This document shows, in pieces, positions 12,377 through 25,756 of a stretch of DNA of 64,000 nt; the stretch's first letter is position 1, and each line of letters opens with the position of its first letter. The DNA is from Anaeramoeba ignava BMAN. Taxonomy: Eukaryota; Protista; Anaeramoebae. The notes beneath the pieces were generated by a model that worked only from the letters and a program-made list of their open reading frames with translations, did no database searches and was not told the DNA's origin. Both the position numbers and the translations under genes were made by a program. Location: NCBI GenBank assembly GCA_028826165.1, contig JAPDFW010000055.1, positions 558,001 through 622,000 of the forward strand, given 5' to 3'.

Positions 12377-14338
12377 TTAATTTTGATTTCGATTTTGATT
12401 ATTAAATTTGTTAATTAATAAATCAAATAAATTTGGATTTGTTTGATTTAATTGAAAATAATCAATTCCAATTTTAATTTCATCAATAATTTCTTGTGTA
12501 ATTTCAATTTCATCTTTGATTTGATTTGAATAAATCCAATATTCTAATATTTGAAATGATTTATCACTTAACTTATCCAAAAAATCTGTAACTTTATTAG
12601 ATTTATCTTCAGCTACAGATGAAAATTTTCCTCGATATAATTCACTTCTCATTATTAATATTAATTTAGGAAATTTATATTGTTTTTCTTTTCTTTCAAT
12701 TATAAAATCTTTTTCATCTTCATTGAAATAAATTCTTTTCATTGTTTCTTCAATTTTTTCATTTAAATTTATAATTTCTTTTTGATTTTCCAATAATTCT
12801 ATAATTGTATTTTCTAATGGATGGAATAAATTGAAAATCATTTCAAATTGTTTATATAATTTTGGATTTATTCTTAGACTGTTTGAATAAATGATTTCAA
12901 TGATTTGATTTGATTCTTTAAGTGATTTTTGTGAAATAATTTCTTCAAGTTTTTCAATTTGATCTTTTGATCCAATTCTACAATTTAATATCAATTTATG
13001 AGCTGAGATTATTTCTCCATTTTTTGGTTTTAAATGAAATATCACAAAATTCTTTTCTTCGGAATAATTTAAGCAAATCTTCTTGAAGATTAGAAAAAGG
13101 AGGAGGAGAATAATAAATAAAAGATTTTTGATATCCACAAAAAACATGATAATTGAAAATATCTTCATTAAAAAATAATTTAGGAAGTTCAATTTGAATT
13201 GGAATTAATTGACTTTTTGTATTTCCTGTTATTATTTGACCAAAATCATTATCTCCAAATACTATTAATTTTGCTTTCCTTGTTAAAATCAAAGTATGAT
13301 CATCACCAACAGAAAAATCAAGAATATCATCATCATTTTCAAATAAACATGATTTGATTTCAGTAAATTCATAAGTATCCTCTTCTTTGCCAAGTCCATT
13401 ATATTCACAATCCCCACATGAATAAAGTTTTGTTTTTTGTTCTTCATCTTCAATCAACATTATTGAATGAGAATGCCCAATTTGAATATCAATTATTTTG
13501 CCTTTTGGAATATTTTTGATTTGGGTTAATTTATTAATTTTTGATTTCATTTTTTTTGATTCTCCTAATCCAAGTTGACCATATTGATTATCACCACATC
13601 CAAATAATTCTTGATTTGAATTTAAAAGAAAAACATGATTTGAAGAATTTCCTGAAAATATTTTAGAAACATTTTTCATCATTAAAATTGGTTTTTCTGT
13701 TTTATCAGATAGATCGGAATTAAGACCAAGTTGAGAATAAAAATTATCACCAATTCCATAAGCATTTTGATTTGAAGTTAATAAATAAATTGAATTATTT
13801 CCAGAAACAATATCTTGGATTATTCTATCATTTGTATCTTCAATTAATAATGAAATATTGATAAATTCTTTTGTATTTTTTGAATTAATATTTATTCCTT
13901 TTGCAAATACATTTCTTTCTAATGTTAAAATAACTTCATTTTGCCAACCAGCAGATACTTTTTGAATATTTTCTTCAATTTGGATTTTTTGAGGATTTTG
14001 TTCTGAATTTTTTAAATATTCTATTGCTTTTCCATTTTCAAAAAGGAAAATTGTTGAAAAATAACCTGATGAAATTTGTAGAAGTAATTTTTCATTTTCA
14101 TTTTCAAATTTTAATTGAATTGGTTTTGTTATTTTTTCTGGTTCATTTTTGAAAAAGGTTAATGATTCATTTGAACCAAAAAATAAACAATCATTTTTTT
14201 GATCAAGATTTTCTTCTTGTTTTTCTATTCAACAAAAATTTTGTTTTTAGAATTAATTTTTTAAATGATTTCTTTTGATTTGTTTTTCTCTAAACTAAAT
14301 TTACTCTTATTTTTATTTGATACTTTATCTTTTTCCAT
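12377..14338 (-). CDS. RCC1-repeat + BTB-like domain protein (paralog 4) with a short extra first exon; frameshift in an A-run near 13022
   Basis: Exon 1 MEKDKVSNKNK, GT..AG intron ~14226-14304, then NDCLFFG...; paralogs read KTKNGE where this copy has one extra A. Confidence 0.85.
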
Positions 14339-14419
14339 TTTTCCATCAAAATTTAATCCAAAAAAATATTTTTTATCAATTTTAGTTTTTAATTTAATTT
14401 TTTTTTAAAAAATATTTTT

Positions 14420-16684
14420 CTATTTACATGATTTTTTTGATTTCAGAAATTTTAAAACATCTGTTCCAATTTTTTGAATTTGTTCATTTTTGGGATGATT
14501 CGTTTTTGCTGTTTCAATCAAACTAAGACCATTTGCTTCTGAAATTGTTTGACAAAATGCTTTTATTTTATTTCAAATTATTTTAAATTATTTCAAATTA
14601 TTTCAAATTATTTTTAATAAAAATACAATGATCTAAAGAAGAAAGCATTCCAAGAATTTGAATTGATTTTGATTGAATAATTTCATTATTCGGAAAACTT
14701 CTCATTGATTTTAGAATTGTCGGAATTCCTTTTAATCCAAGAATTTTTTGGTTTTCTTTTTTTTGGAAATTTTTTATCAATTTTTTATATCATTTTGTTT
14801 TTGAAAAATTGTTTTTTGAATTTTACTGATATTATTCTCACAAAGATTAAATAAAGTCCAACATCCATTTCTATTAATATGTTCATCTTCAACTGTATGA
14901 TATGTTTGTATTGAAGATAATACTACTTCAATTCCTCCCAATTCTCTAATTTTAATTTGAATTTCTTTTTTTTTTCCAATTTTAATTTTAATTTTAATTT
15001 GAATTTCTTTCTTTCTTTATCTTATTTACTTTTATTAGCAATTCCAATATTTCCTAAAAATCCACATCCATTTTCTTGAATATCTTTTATTCCCTTAAAA
15101 TTTTTCATTGCTATGATTACTGATTCAATTCCTCCCAATTCCATAATTTGAATTTTATTTTCTTGATTTTTTTTATTTAAATTTTGATTTTAATTTTAAT
15201 TTTGATTTTAATTTTAATTTTAATTTTGATTTTAATTTTAATTTTGATTTTAATTTTGATTTTTAATTTTGAATTTTGATTTTAATTTTAATTTTGATTT
15301 TGATTTTGATTTTAATTTTAATTTTGATTTTGATTTTTAATTTTGATTTTTAATTTTGATTTTGAATTTTGAATTTGATTTTGATTTAAATTTTGATTTT
15401 AATTTTGATTTTGATTTTGATTTTGATTTTGAATTTTGAATTTGAATTTGATTTTGATTTAAATTTTAATTTTGATTTTGATTTTGATTTTAATTTTGAT
15501 TTTAATTTTGATTTTGATTTTAATTTTTAATTTTGATTTGATTTTGATTTTAATTTTGATTTTGATTTTAATTTTGATTTTGATTTTAATTTTGATTTTG
15601 ATTTTAATTTTGATTTTAATTTTTATTTTGATTTTGATTTTAATTTTGATTTTGATTTTAATTTTGATTTTGATTTTAATTTTGATTTTGATTTTAATTT
15701 TAATTTTAATTTTAATTTTGATTTTTGATAATTTTAATTTTAATTTTGATTTTAATTTTGATTTTTGATTTTGATTTTGATTTTTGATTTTAATTTTGAT
15801 TTTGATTTTAATTTGATTTTGATTTTGATTTTGATTTTGATTTAATTTTGATTTTGAATTTGATTTTGATTTTAAATTTTGATTTTAATTTTGATTTTAA
15901 TTTTGATTTTGATTTTGATTTTGATTTTGATTTTGAATTAAGTACTGTCTTCATAAGCTGAAAGATTTAATAAAACCCAACATCCTTTATCTTGAATAAT
16001 TTCATCTGTATCAAAAATTTTCATTGTTTGAATAATAATTTGAATTCCTTGTAATTCTCTAATTCTTGTTTTATTTTCTTTTGAATAATAAAGAAATATA
16101 TTAAATATTTATTCATTTAAAAATTGTGTTATTATTTTAATATTATTTTTTTGGATCATCAACTCCAAAAAAAAAATTAATTTCCTTATTTACTTGAACT
16201 AAGAGAAATATTTGTAAATAATTCCATTGCTTTTCTAAGAAATGATTGATTTTGTTTAAAATTTTTCATTGATTGAAAAAGAATTGGAAGTCCTCCTAAA
16301 ATACCAATTTCTTCTCCTTTTTCTTCTCTAAATTTGAAATTATCTCCTTTTGATTTTAATAAAAAATTTTTATTTTGATTTATTTAATTTATTTTTCCAA
16401 ATAAAATTATCTTCATTTTTTACTTGGATATGATCCTGTAAGTTTAAATAAAGCTTGACATCCAAATTCTTGAATTTTTTCATTGTTTGGATATAATTTT
16501 AAATATTTTATAACATCTTTAATTGTAATAACTTTTTTATAATTTGAATTTTTCAATAAAAAGTAAAATAAGAATTTGAATAAGAATTTCAATTTGAATT
16601 AAGTTTATTGCTTTTTTTTTTACTTTCTTTTCCTTTATTATAACGTTCTAATTTTTTTATTACTTGTTTTTCTGTTAATTCCAT
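14420..16684 (-). CDS. Armadillo-repeat protein, ~8 exons
   Basis: Exons translate to ARM repeats (YPNNEKIQEFGCQALFKL; NKTRIRELQGIQIII; NKIQIMELGGIESVIIAM..IQENGCGFLGNI; LGLKGIPTILKSMRSFPNNEIIQ). Confidence 0.8.
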
Positions 16685-17594
16685 TTTAAAAAAAAAAATA
16701 AAAAAAATTGAAAAAAATTGAAAAAAATTGAAAAAAATGATTTTTGATTTTGAATTAAATTTTATTTTTGATTTTGATTTGAATTTTGATTTTAATTTTG
16801 ATTTTGATTTTGATTTTGATTTTGATTTTAATTTTGATTTTAATTTTAATTTTGATTTTGATTTTAAATTTTGATTTTGATTTTAATTTTAATTTTGATT
16901 TTGATTTTAATTTTATTTTTGATTTTAATTTTAATTTTAATTTTGAATTTTGAATTTGATTTTGATTTTGATTTTGATTTTGATTTTGAATTAAATTTTA
17001 TTTTTGATTTTAATTTTATTTTTGATTTTGAATTTGAATTAAATTTTAATTTTGAATTTGATTTTGAATTTGAATTAAATTTTGATTTTGAATTTAAATT
17101 TTATTTTTGATTTTAATTTTAATTTTAATTTTGATTTTGATTTTGATTTTAAATTTTGATTTTGATTTTAATTTTGATTTTAATTTTGATTTTGATTTTG
17201 ATTTTAATTTTAATTTTGATTTTGATTTTGATTTTGATTTTGATTTTGAATTTGATTTTTGATTTTTGATTTTGATTTGAGTTTTATTTTTGATTTTGAA
17301 TTTGAATTAAATTTTAATTTTGATTTTGATTTTGAATTTGATTTTGATTTTGATTTTAATTTAAATTTTATTTTTGATTATAATATTAATTTTGATTTTG
17401 ATTTTGAATTTGATTTTGAATTTGATTTTAATTTTGATTTTGATTTTGATTTTGATTTTAATTTTAATTTTGATTTTGATTTTGATTTTGATTTTGATTT
17501 TGATTTTGATTTTGATTTTGATTTTGATTTTAATTTTAATTTTAATTTTAATTTGAATTTTAAATTGAATTTCATTTTGATTTTAAATTGAATT

Positions 17595-20500
17595 TTAAAT
17601 CTGAAAAAAATGCTTCAATTCTTTCAATTCAGAATTCACAAAACAATATAAAAGATTTGTTTTGTAACCAAAAATTGTTTGAGAAGGATCATCCATAAAA
17701 AAATCAGTTACTTTTTGAAGTTGATCTTCTAAAATGGTTAATGATTTAAAAACCAGTTGAATTTGTTCCAAAAAAGTTTTTTCAAGATTTAAAGATTTCA
17801 AGAAAAAAATAATTTTGCGAATCCATTTGGAAATTGAATCTAAAAAAATAGGGTTTTTGGAAGAAAAATAAGCTGAAAAATTATCAATTAAAAGTGAAAT
17901 ATCTTGCAAATTAAGACCATTTTGGCAAATAATAGATTTTGGATTTGTATTTGAACATAAAAATAAAATTGAATCAAATTTTGATTGTTTTAGCATTTGA
18001 TGAAGAATTATTTTAGAATCAGATTTCAAAAATAATTGTAAATGAATTTTATCATTCTGAGAATTTTGCGAATTGGAAATCGTTTTTTGTGCTTTCATTA
18101 ATGATTGTTTTTGTTTCAATAAAAGTTGGAAATCTGTTTCGAATTTTTGACAACTAAGTTTAAGATAAGAAATTAAATGGCCTTTTTTTTCGTTAATTTT
18201 TTTGGAATTGAATTTTTTTGCGTTAAGTTTTTTTAAAAAATTTTCAATCAATTGAGATAAATTATCACTAATTTTTTTCAATATTTCTTCTACATTTTTT
18301 TGAAGAGATTCATCTACATTTTTCGAACTTGAATCAACTAATCCTTTTTGTAATGCAATTAAATTCTGAGCGAAAAAAATGTTCACTTCATTTTGAAAAG
18401 TTTGTAATTGTGAAATTGTTTCTGAATTTTGTGCTTGGAATTGGGAATTATTTTGATCTTTCTTTTCAAGATTAAAATTTTTCTCTAATGATTCATAAAA
18501 AGATTTTTGAATAACCTCTTTTGATTGAGATAATGGAAAATTTCGATAAAAATTATTCATTTGCTCTTGAAATTTTGATATGTTATCTAATAAATTTTTC
18601 TGAAAATTTTGAGAATATTTTTGGATAAAATCTGTTCTTCTTTTGATTATTTGCTGAAAAGTTTTTTCAATCTTTTGTGATTTTTCTTTGAATTCTTCTA
18701 ATATATTGGTATTTTCGATTTGGATTTTTTGTGGAAGTGAATCAATATTTTGCATTTCATTTTGAATAAGATTTTGAATTTCTTTTTCTTTTTCATTTTG
18801 ATTTTGAATTTGAATTTGATTTGGATTTTGAATTTGATTTTCTTTTTCTTTTTCTTTTTCTTTTTGATTTTGATTTTGATTTTGAATTTGATTTTGATTT
18901 TGATTTTGATTTTGATTTAGATTTTGATTTTGATTTTGATTTTGATTTTGATTTTGATTTTGATTTTGATTTTGAATTTGATTTTGAATTTGATTTTGAT
19001 TTTGATTTTGATTTTGATTTTGATTTTGATTTTGAATTTGAATTTGATTTTGAATTTGATTTTGATTTTGATTTTCTTTTTCTTTTTCTTTTTGATTTTG
19101 ATTTTGAATTTGAATTTGATTTTTGATTTTTGGTTTTGAATTTGATTTTTATTTTGTCGATTTAATTGTTGTTTATCTAATGGTAATTTTATGGGAGAAA
19201 TACTTTTTTTATTTGATTTCTCATAAATTGGTAATCTATGGATAAATATGGATCCAGGAAGCATTGCAAATAAATCAAGTAAATTTGTTTCAGGACTTAT
19301 ACTTACGATTCCATTAAAAAAATTTGATTGTAAATTAAATTGTTTCCAAAAATCAAATATAATTTCTTGTGTATCATCCTTTTCAAAATGCAGGGAAATA
19401 ACTTCTTTTGATATTTTGTTTGCAATAATCAAAAACTTTGATGTTGGATCAACCAAAATTGCATTAAGAAAAATTTTGGGATGATTTGAATCAGTGGGAA
19501 ATTTAAATTGGATATTTAATCGAAATATAATATCAATAATTTTATCCTCCTCAATTTTATATAATTTGAAATAAGAATTTGTGTTATTTCCCAAAACAAC
19601 AATTGGAAGATCATCTTGATGAGGAAACATTGTATTCCATAAAGGTGTAAAACTTTTAACAGGAAGATCAACAATATTGTTTTTATTCCCCATATTAGTA
19701 AAAACAGTAACTTTTGAAAGAGTTTTTTCATTTTGGTAATCCCAAATTGAGAATGATCCGTTTTCTCCAGCAATTAATAAACGTTCCCCATCCTTTGTAA
19801 ATGAAAGTCCTACAATGTTTTCTTTATATTCATTGCATATAAAAGTGCATGATTTGGGATGCATTGGATCTTTTGGATGAGGTTGATCATTACTTTTATT
19901 TTCTTGATACTTTTTCAAATCAAAAACATAGACTTTGTTTTGAATATCGAAAGTTGCAATTAAATCTTGATTTTTTGGATTCCAAGAAATCTGAGTGAAA
20001 TAGTTATTATTTTCTTGTGGTTTTTGAGTATTTTGAATGTCTTTTCTTTCATTTGAGCAGGATATTTTTTGAATAAGTTCTTCAGAGAGTTTATTATCTT
20101 GAATGGATAATTTCAAAATATAAAGATTCGAATTTTTTGTTGTTATTGCAAGTAGATTTTCTTCATAAGAAAAGAATTGAATATCTTCAATTTCTTCTTT
20201 TACTTGTCTACAAGTAAAATTTTTCTGAAGTCGCAAATGATGGAAACGCAAGATATTTGGCTTAATAATATAACAAAAGTATTCCTTGTTGATATTAATA
20301 ATGTTTGAATATTCTTGAGTTTGTTTAGTGGCACTAAACATTTTAAGTTGTTCAACTAATTCATTAGAAGGATGAGTTTTGATATTGAGATTAAATGATT
20401 TAAAAATTTTTTTATTTTTTTTTTTAGATTGATTAAATTTATTTTGATTTTGAATTTGATTTTGATTTTCATTTTGATTTTTATTTTGATTTTGAATTTG

Positions 20501-20884
20501 ATTTTGAATTTGATTTTGATTTTGAATTTGATTTTGATTTTCATTTTGATTTATATTTTCATTTTGATTTATATTTTGAAATTGATTTTGTTTAAATTGA
20601 TTTTGAATTTGATTTTGAATTTGATTTTGATTTTGATTTTGATTTTGATTTTGATTTTGATTTTGATTTTGATTTTGATTTATATTTTGAAATTGATTTT
20701 GTTGTTTAAATTGATTTTGTTGTTTAAATTGATTTTGATTTTGAAATTGATTTGGTTTTTGATTTTGTTTTTGAAATTGATTTGGTTTTTTGTAAAATGG
20801 TTTTTGTTGTGATTGAAATCTTCTTGTTGGAAAATATCTTTGACTTCTTTGTGTAAAAAAATATTTAGGAACTTCAGAAGACAT
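17595..20884 (-). CDS. EDC4: Enhancer of mRNA-decapping protein 4 (EDC4/Ge-1/Varicose)-like; two ORFs joined through an NQ microsatellite with a frameshift near 19125
   Basis: WD40 region ([27 protein letters not shown]) resembles the Varicose N-terminus; then a coiled coil and C-terminal FLCS..NP..L..LI..KWI helical domain. Confidence 0.7.
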
Positions 20885-20977
20885 TTTCTTTATAAAAAAT
20901 GAAAAGAAAAAAATGAAAAAAAATGAAAAAAAAATGAAAAAAAAAAAGGAAAAAAAAAATTTTTATTTAAATTTAAT

Positions 20978-22811
20978 TCACAATTTCTTTAAAAATTCTC
21001 CATATAAAAACATTATTTTAACTATAAATCCTTCAAGATGAATAATAGGTTTTGCACCCAATTTACTTCTATGTTCATAAAAAGCAGCCCAAATTATAAT
21101 TTGCTTTTTCATTTCTTCATTTTCAATTAAATTTAAAAATTCATAAACTAATTTTCGAAAAATAATATTAACTGGAATACAATGAGTTAGCAATTGAAAA
21201 ATCTCTGATCGGGCAACTAAAGCTTGAGATAAAGTTTGCTGTTCCAAAGTAAGATGGGCCAAATATGATATTAAGACTTCCCAATCTTGTGATTGAATGA
21301 TTTGAGTTTTTTGTAAATGGATATTGTGTTTCTTTACTGACTTGAAGATTAATTAAAGCTGTTCGAAGATTGGAATCTGATTTTTCCACAATTTGATCAG
21401 CAAAATAATTCGGCAATTTAAATCCTTCTTTTTTACAAACTCGATAAAGTGTAATTTTGATTTCAAAATCACTAGGGCTTGGGATTCTAATTCCAAGACA
21501 TCGACTTTTTAATGGTTCAATAATTGCAGAAATATTAACACAAACTAAGAAAATTCTGCATGTTTTTGTATGTTTTTCCATTGTTCTTCTTAATGCATGT
21601 TGTGCTTCTCTTGTTAGTTGATCTGCTTCTGTTAAAATTAATACTTGAAATATTCTTTTATTTTTTTTCTTTGATTTTTGATTATATTTTTCCAAAGTTT
21701 TTTGAACTAATTTTTGATTTGAATTTTGATTTGTTTTTTGATTTAAATTTTGATTTGATTTTTGATTTGTTTTTTGATTTGAATTTTGATTTGAATTTTG
21801 ATTTGAATTTTGATTTGAATTTTGATTTGATTTTTGATTATATTTTTGATTTGAATTTTGATTTGAATTTTGATTTGAATTTTGATTTGAATTTTGATTA
21901 TATTTTTCTAATGTTTGTTGAACTAATTTTTTAGGTTTTTCAGAATTTTGATTTAAATTTTGATTTGAATTTTGATTTGAATTTTGATTTGATTTTTGAT
22001 TTGAATTTTGATTTGAATTTTGATTTGAATTTTGATTTGAATTTTGATTTGATTTTTGATTTGAATTTTGATTTGAATTTTGATTTGAATTTTGATTATA
22101 TTTTTCTAATGTTTGTTGAACTAATTTTTTAGGTTTTTCAGAAGAATTTTGATTTAAATTTTGATTTGATTTTTGATTTGAATTTTGATTTAAATTTTGA
22201 TTTAAATTTTGATTTAAATTTTGATTTGAATTTTGATTTGATTTTTGATTTGAATTTTGATTTGAATTTTGATTTGAATTTTGATTTAGTTTTTGATTTG
22301 AATTTTGATTTGAATTTTTATTTGAATTTGAATCCTTTTCTTTATTTTTATTATTTTGTTGTGATAAAATAGGAGTTGAAGATGCTATTTCTTTAATAAT
22401 TTCTTGAATCACTTTTCTATCATTTCCACCAGCATCACTTGGATTAATTTCAATATGAAAAGGACTTGATAATAAAGTAAGTTGAATTTTTGAACCATTT
22501 TTAAAAGTAAATTCTCGTTGTTTTAATGTTAAATCCCAAATTTTTTCACCAAATATTTGAGATAAAATACATAATATTCTAGTTTTTTTTCCTGCACCTG
22601 AAGGACCATAAAATAATAAATGAGGTAAATCATCTGATTCTGCCTTTAATTTTAATTATAATTTTAATTTTAATTTTAATTTTGATTTACAATTTTAATT
22701 TTAATTTTAATTTTAATTTTGATTTACAATTTTAGAAAGATATGGATTTAAATTTTTATGAATATCAAGTTCATTAATTGTTTTAGGTCGATATTTATCA
22801 AGATAAAGCAT
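20978..22811 (-). CDS. RFC3: Replication factor C small subunit (human RFC3 / yeast Rfc5); 1 intron, large low-complexity insertion, one frameshift near 21310
   Basis: MLYLDKYRPKT, LPHLLFYGPSGAGKKTRI, HIEINPSDAG, EADQLTREAQHALRRTMEK, IIEPLKSRCLGIRIP, AAFYEHR..LG.KPIIHLEGF. Confidence 0.95.
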
Positions 22812-23051
22812 TTATTGATTAATTTAATTTATTTATTTATTTATTGATTTATTAATTTATTGATTTGAAAGGAAAAAAATGAAAATGAAAAAATTGTTTT
22901 CTTTTAATTTTTTATTTTAATTTTTGTTGTTTTTGTAAAAAAAATAATGAATAAGAAAAAGAAAAATAGAAAAGAAAAACTTTTGGAAAATGAAAAAAAG
23001 GAAAATATTGAATTTCTTGTTTTTGTTTTTTTTTTGTTCCACTTTTTTTTT

Positions 23052-25178
23052 TTAAGCAGAGCAACATTTGACTCTAATTAAAATGTTTAACAAAGAAACA
23101 ACAGGAACAACAATAATAAAAGCAAGACCAGCTTTAAAAGTAGCTTCATTAGTTAAAGAACGAGAACGAATCTTGGGACCAATTTTTTTCGAAGGAGAAT
23201 AAACATAATCTTTTTCATAAAGACAAGGAACAATAGAACCAGTTGAAGTTGAAGGACCATTTAATCCGTATTTTAAAGCAACAACAGGTTTATAAATTGT
23301 TAAATCATTTTCATAATCAGTCCATCCAGTTGGAGAAAGAGTTCCAAATTGATAATTTCGATATACACTTGTTCTGAGAGTTAACATTTTTTCACATGAA
23401 CCAAATGTTCCGTAATCTTTGCAGAAAAAGCAATCTGTTGTATCAACATCATCTAAAACTTTGCATTCTCCTTCTATCATATCTTGTTTTTCTTTTACTA
23501 CTGGATAAAGACATGTGAAAAATATTATGAAAAAGAATATTAAATCAACAACAAGTACACCATAAATGTATCTTTTATTTCCATTGTTTTTGTACATCAA
23601 ATAAAGGGCAACAATTGGACTAAAAAAAATAAAGAATGGAACTAAAAGGAACTTTTTTGTTTTTGTTTTTGTTTTTGTTTTTGTTTTTGTTTTTGAAATT
23701 TTTTTTTTTGAAATTTTTAATTTTTAACATGAAATTTGTTTTATGAAATTTTTCTTTGATTTTTGAATATTGCTTTACTTTAGTTATCTTTTGTTCTGGA
23801 AATTTAAAAAAAAGAATAAGTAAAATTATGTTTGATGCAAATAGAATCAAAAACATTAAAATTGTTGATGCAAGTGCGGGTGCTAATTCCCAATCTGGAG
23901 TTACAAAAGCTTCATCATCTTTTCTTGGATTAACCCAACAACTTATTGTTCCAGACTTAAATTTAATTTAAATTTAATTAAATAATAAAAACAATTTTTT
24001 TTTGTGTTTCAAACTTACATAACTTTCACTTAAATATTCTGGTTCACAAACACCAATTAATTTTCCTGATACAATATCTCCATCTGAATTATGATGAGAA
24101 AAAATCTTAATAAAAAAATTAATCAATTTTAATAAATTTAATTTTGAATGATATAAAAATGAGAAAAGAAGAAAGCATTTTGATTTGTTTTACTTTTTCT
24201 GTTGGAGTAAAAACGACATTGCAATCATCTAAATTACAAATTCATTTTGATTTCATTTTAATAAATAAATTTAATTTAATTTAATTAATTTCAATTTAAT
24301 TTCATGTTAATAAATAAATTCATTTTAAATTCAATTCATTTCATGTTATAAATAAATTTAATTTCGTTTCAATTCATTTCATGTTATAAATAAATTCATT
24401 TTAATTTCATTTCAATTCATTTCATGTTAATAAATAAATTTAATTTTATTTAATTTCATTTCATGTTAATAAATAAATTCATTTAAATTCAATTCATTTC
24501 ATGTTAATAAATAAATTTCATTTTATTTAATTTCATTTCAATTTCATGTTATAAATAAATTTAATTTCATTTAATTTCATGTTAATAAATAATCAAATGT
24601 TTACCAATATCAATTGGCCAAGAACGATGAGCTAATAAATTAAATCCATAAAGACCACCAAGTAAAAAAAAGAAACCATATCCAAAAAGTGCAATACAAA
24701 TTGGCCAACGAATTGGAAGACCAGAATCTTTATTTGAATCTCTGTTGTTGTTGTTATTATTATTATAATTATTGGTATTAGTTTGAAAAGTATTTTCTTC
24801 AAATCCTCCTCTATAATGAGGTTCTTCATGAGCAAATAAATTTTGTTGTAAAAATTCACGTCTAGGTTGATTATCCCCTTTTATTAATAATAAAAAAAGT
24901 TTAAATTTTAAATTTGGATTTTAATTTTTATTTTATTTTAATTTTATTTTTTTATTACTTCTTGCTCTTGTAGTTGCTTCTGAAATAAGTGATTCAATAT
25001 TACTAAATGTTGGATAACGAGAATCAAGAAATTCCATAATATAATGACATCCGTTAAGTTCTCCATTTGTCATTGCATTTTCTGATTCATTAATAAAATT
25101 ACGAGCTTCTCTTAATGGTACTCTTTCTCTAATTAAAGTAACAAGTTGATATAAATTTGGATAAGCAGATAAACTCAT
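23052..25178 (-). CDS. Uncharacterised multi-pass membrane protein, 6 exons, with two TM-Cys-loop-TM modules
   Basis: Exons ~25178-24959, 24888-24605, 24238-24194, 24105-24019, 23955-23779 and 23651-23052 splice in frame via GT-AG; hydrophobic segments flank Cys-containing loops. Confidence 0.7.
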
Positions 25179-25481
25179 TTTGAAACGATGAAAAAATAAT
25201 AAAAATTAATAAATCAAAAAAAAAAAATAATAAAGAATAAAAAAAAATGAAAATTAAAAATTTAAAAAAAAAAAATCATTTTTTTTCTCATTTTTTTACC
25301 TTTTCAAAAATGTTAAATAAAGAAAATAAAGAAAAAAAAGAAAATCAACAAGAAAGAAAAGAAAAAAAAAGAAAACAAATTGAAAATGAAAAAGAAAAAA
25401 AAAAAAAAATGAAAAAGAAAATGAAAATGAAAATGAAAATGAAAATGAAAAAGAAAAAGAAAATGAAAAAGAAAATGAAAA

Positions 25482-25725
25482 ATGCCGCGTTTCAAAAATA
25501 TAAATTAAATATTAAATTCGAAAAATGAATATTTATTTATTAAATATAAAAAAAATATTAAATTAAATATAAAATTAAATATTAAATTAAAAATATTAAA
25601 TATTAAATTAAATATAAAATTAAAATTAAAAAATATAAATTAAATATAAAATTAAATATTAAATATTAAAAAATAAAATATAAAATTAAATAAAAATTTA
25701 AAAAATTAAATTAAAATTAAAATTA

Positions 25726-25756
<31 letters not shown>

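Noticed and set aside
21660-22360. Intein in RFC3
   Set aside because: The insert is pure low-complexity repeat, with no N-terminal Cys/Ser Hint block or C-terminal His-Asn
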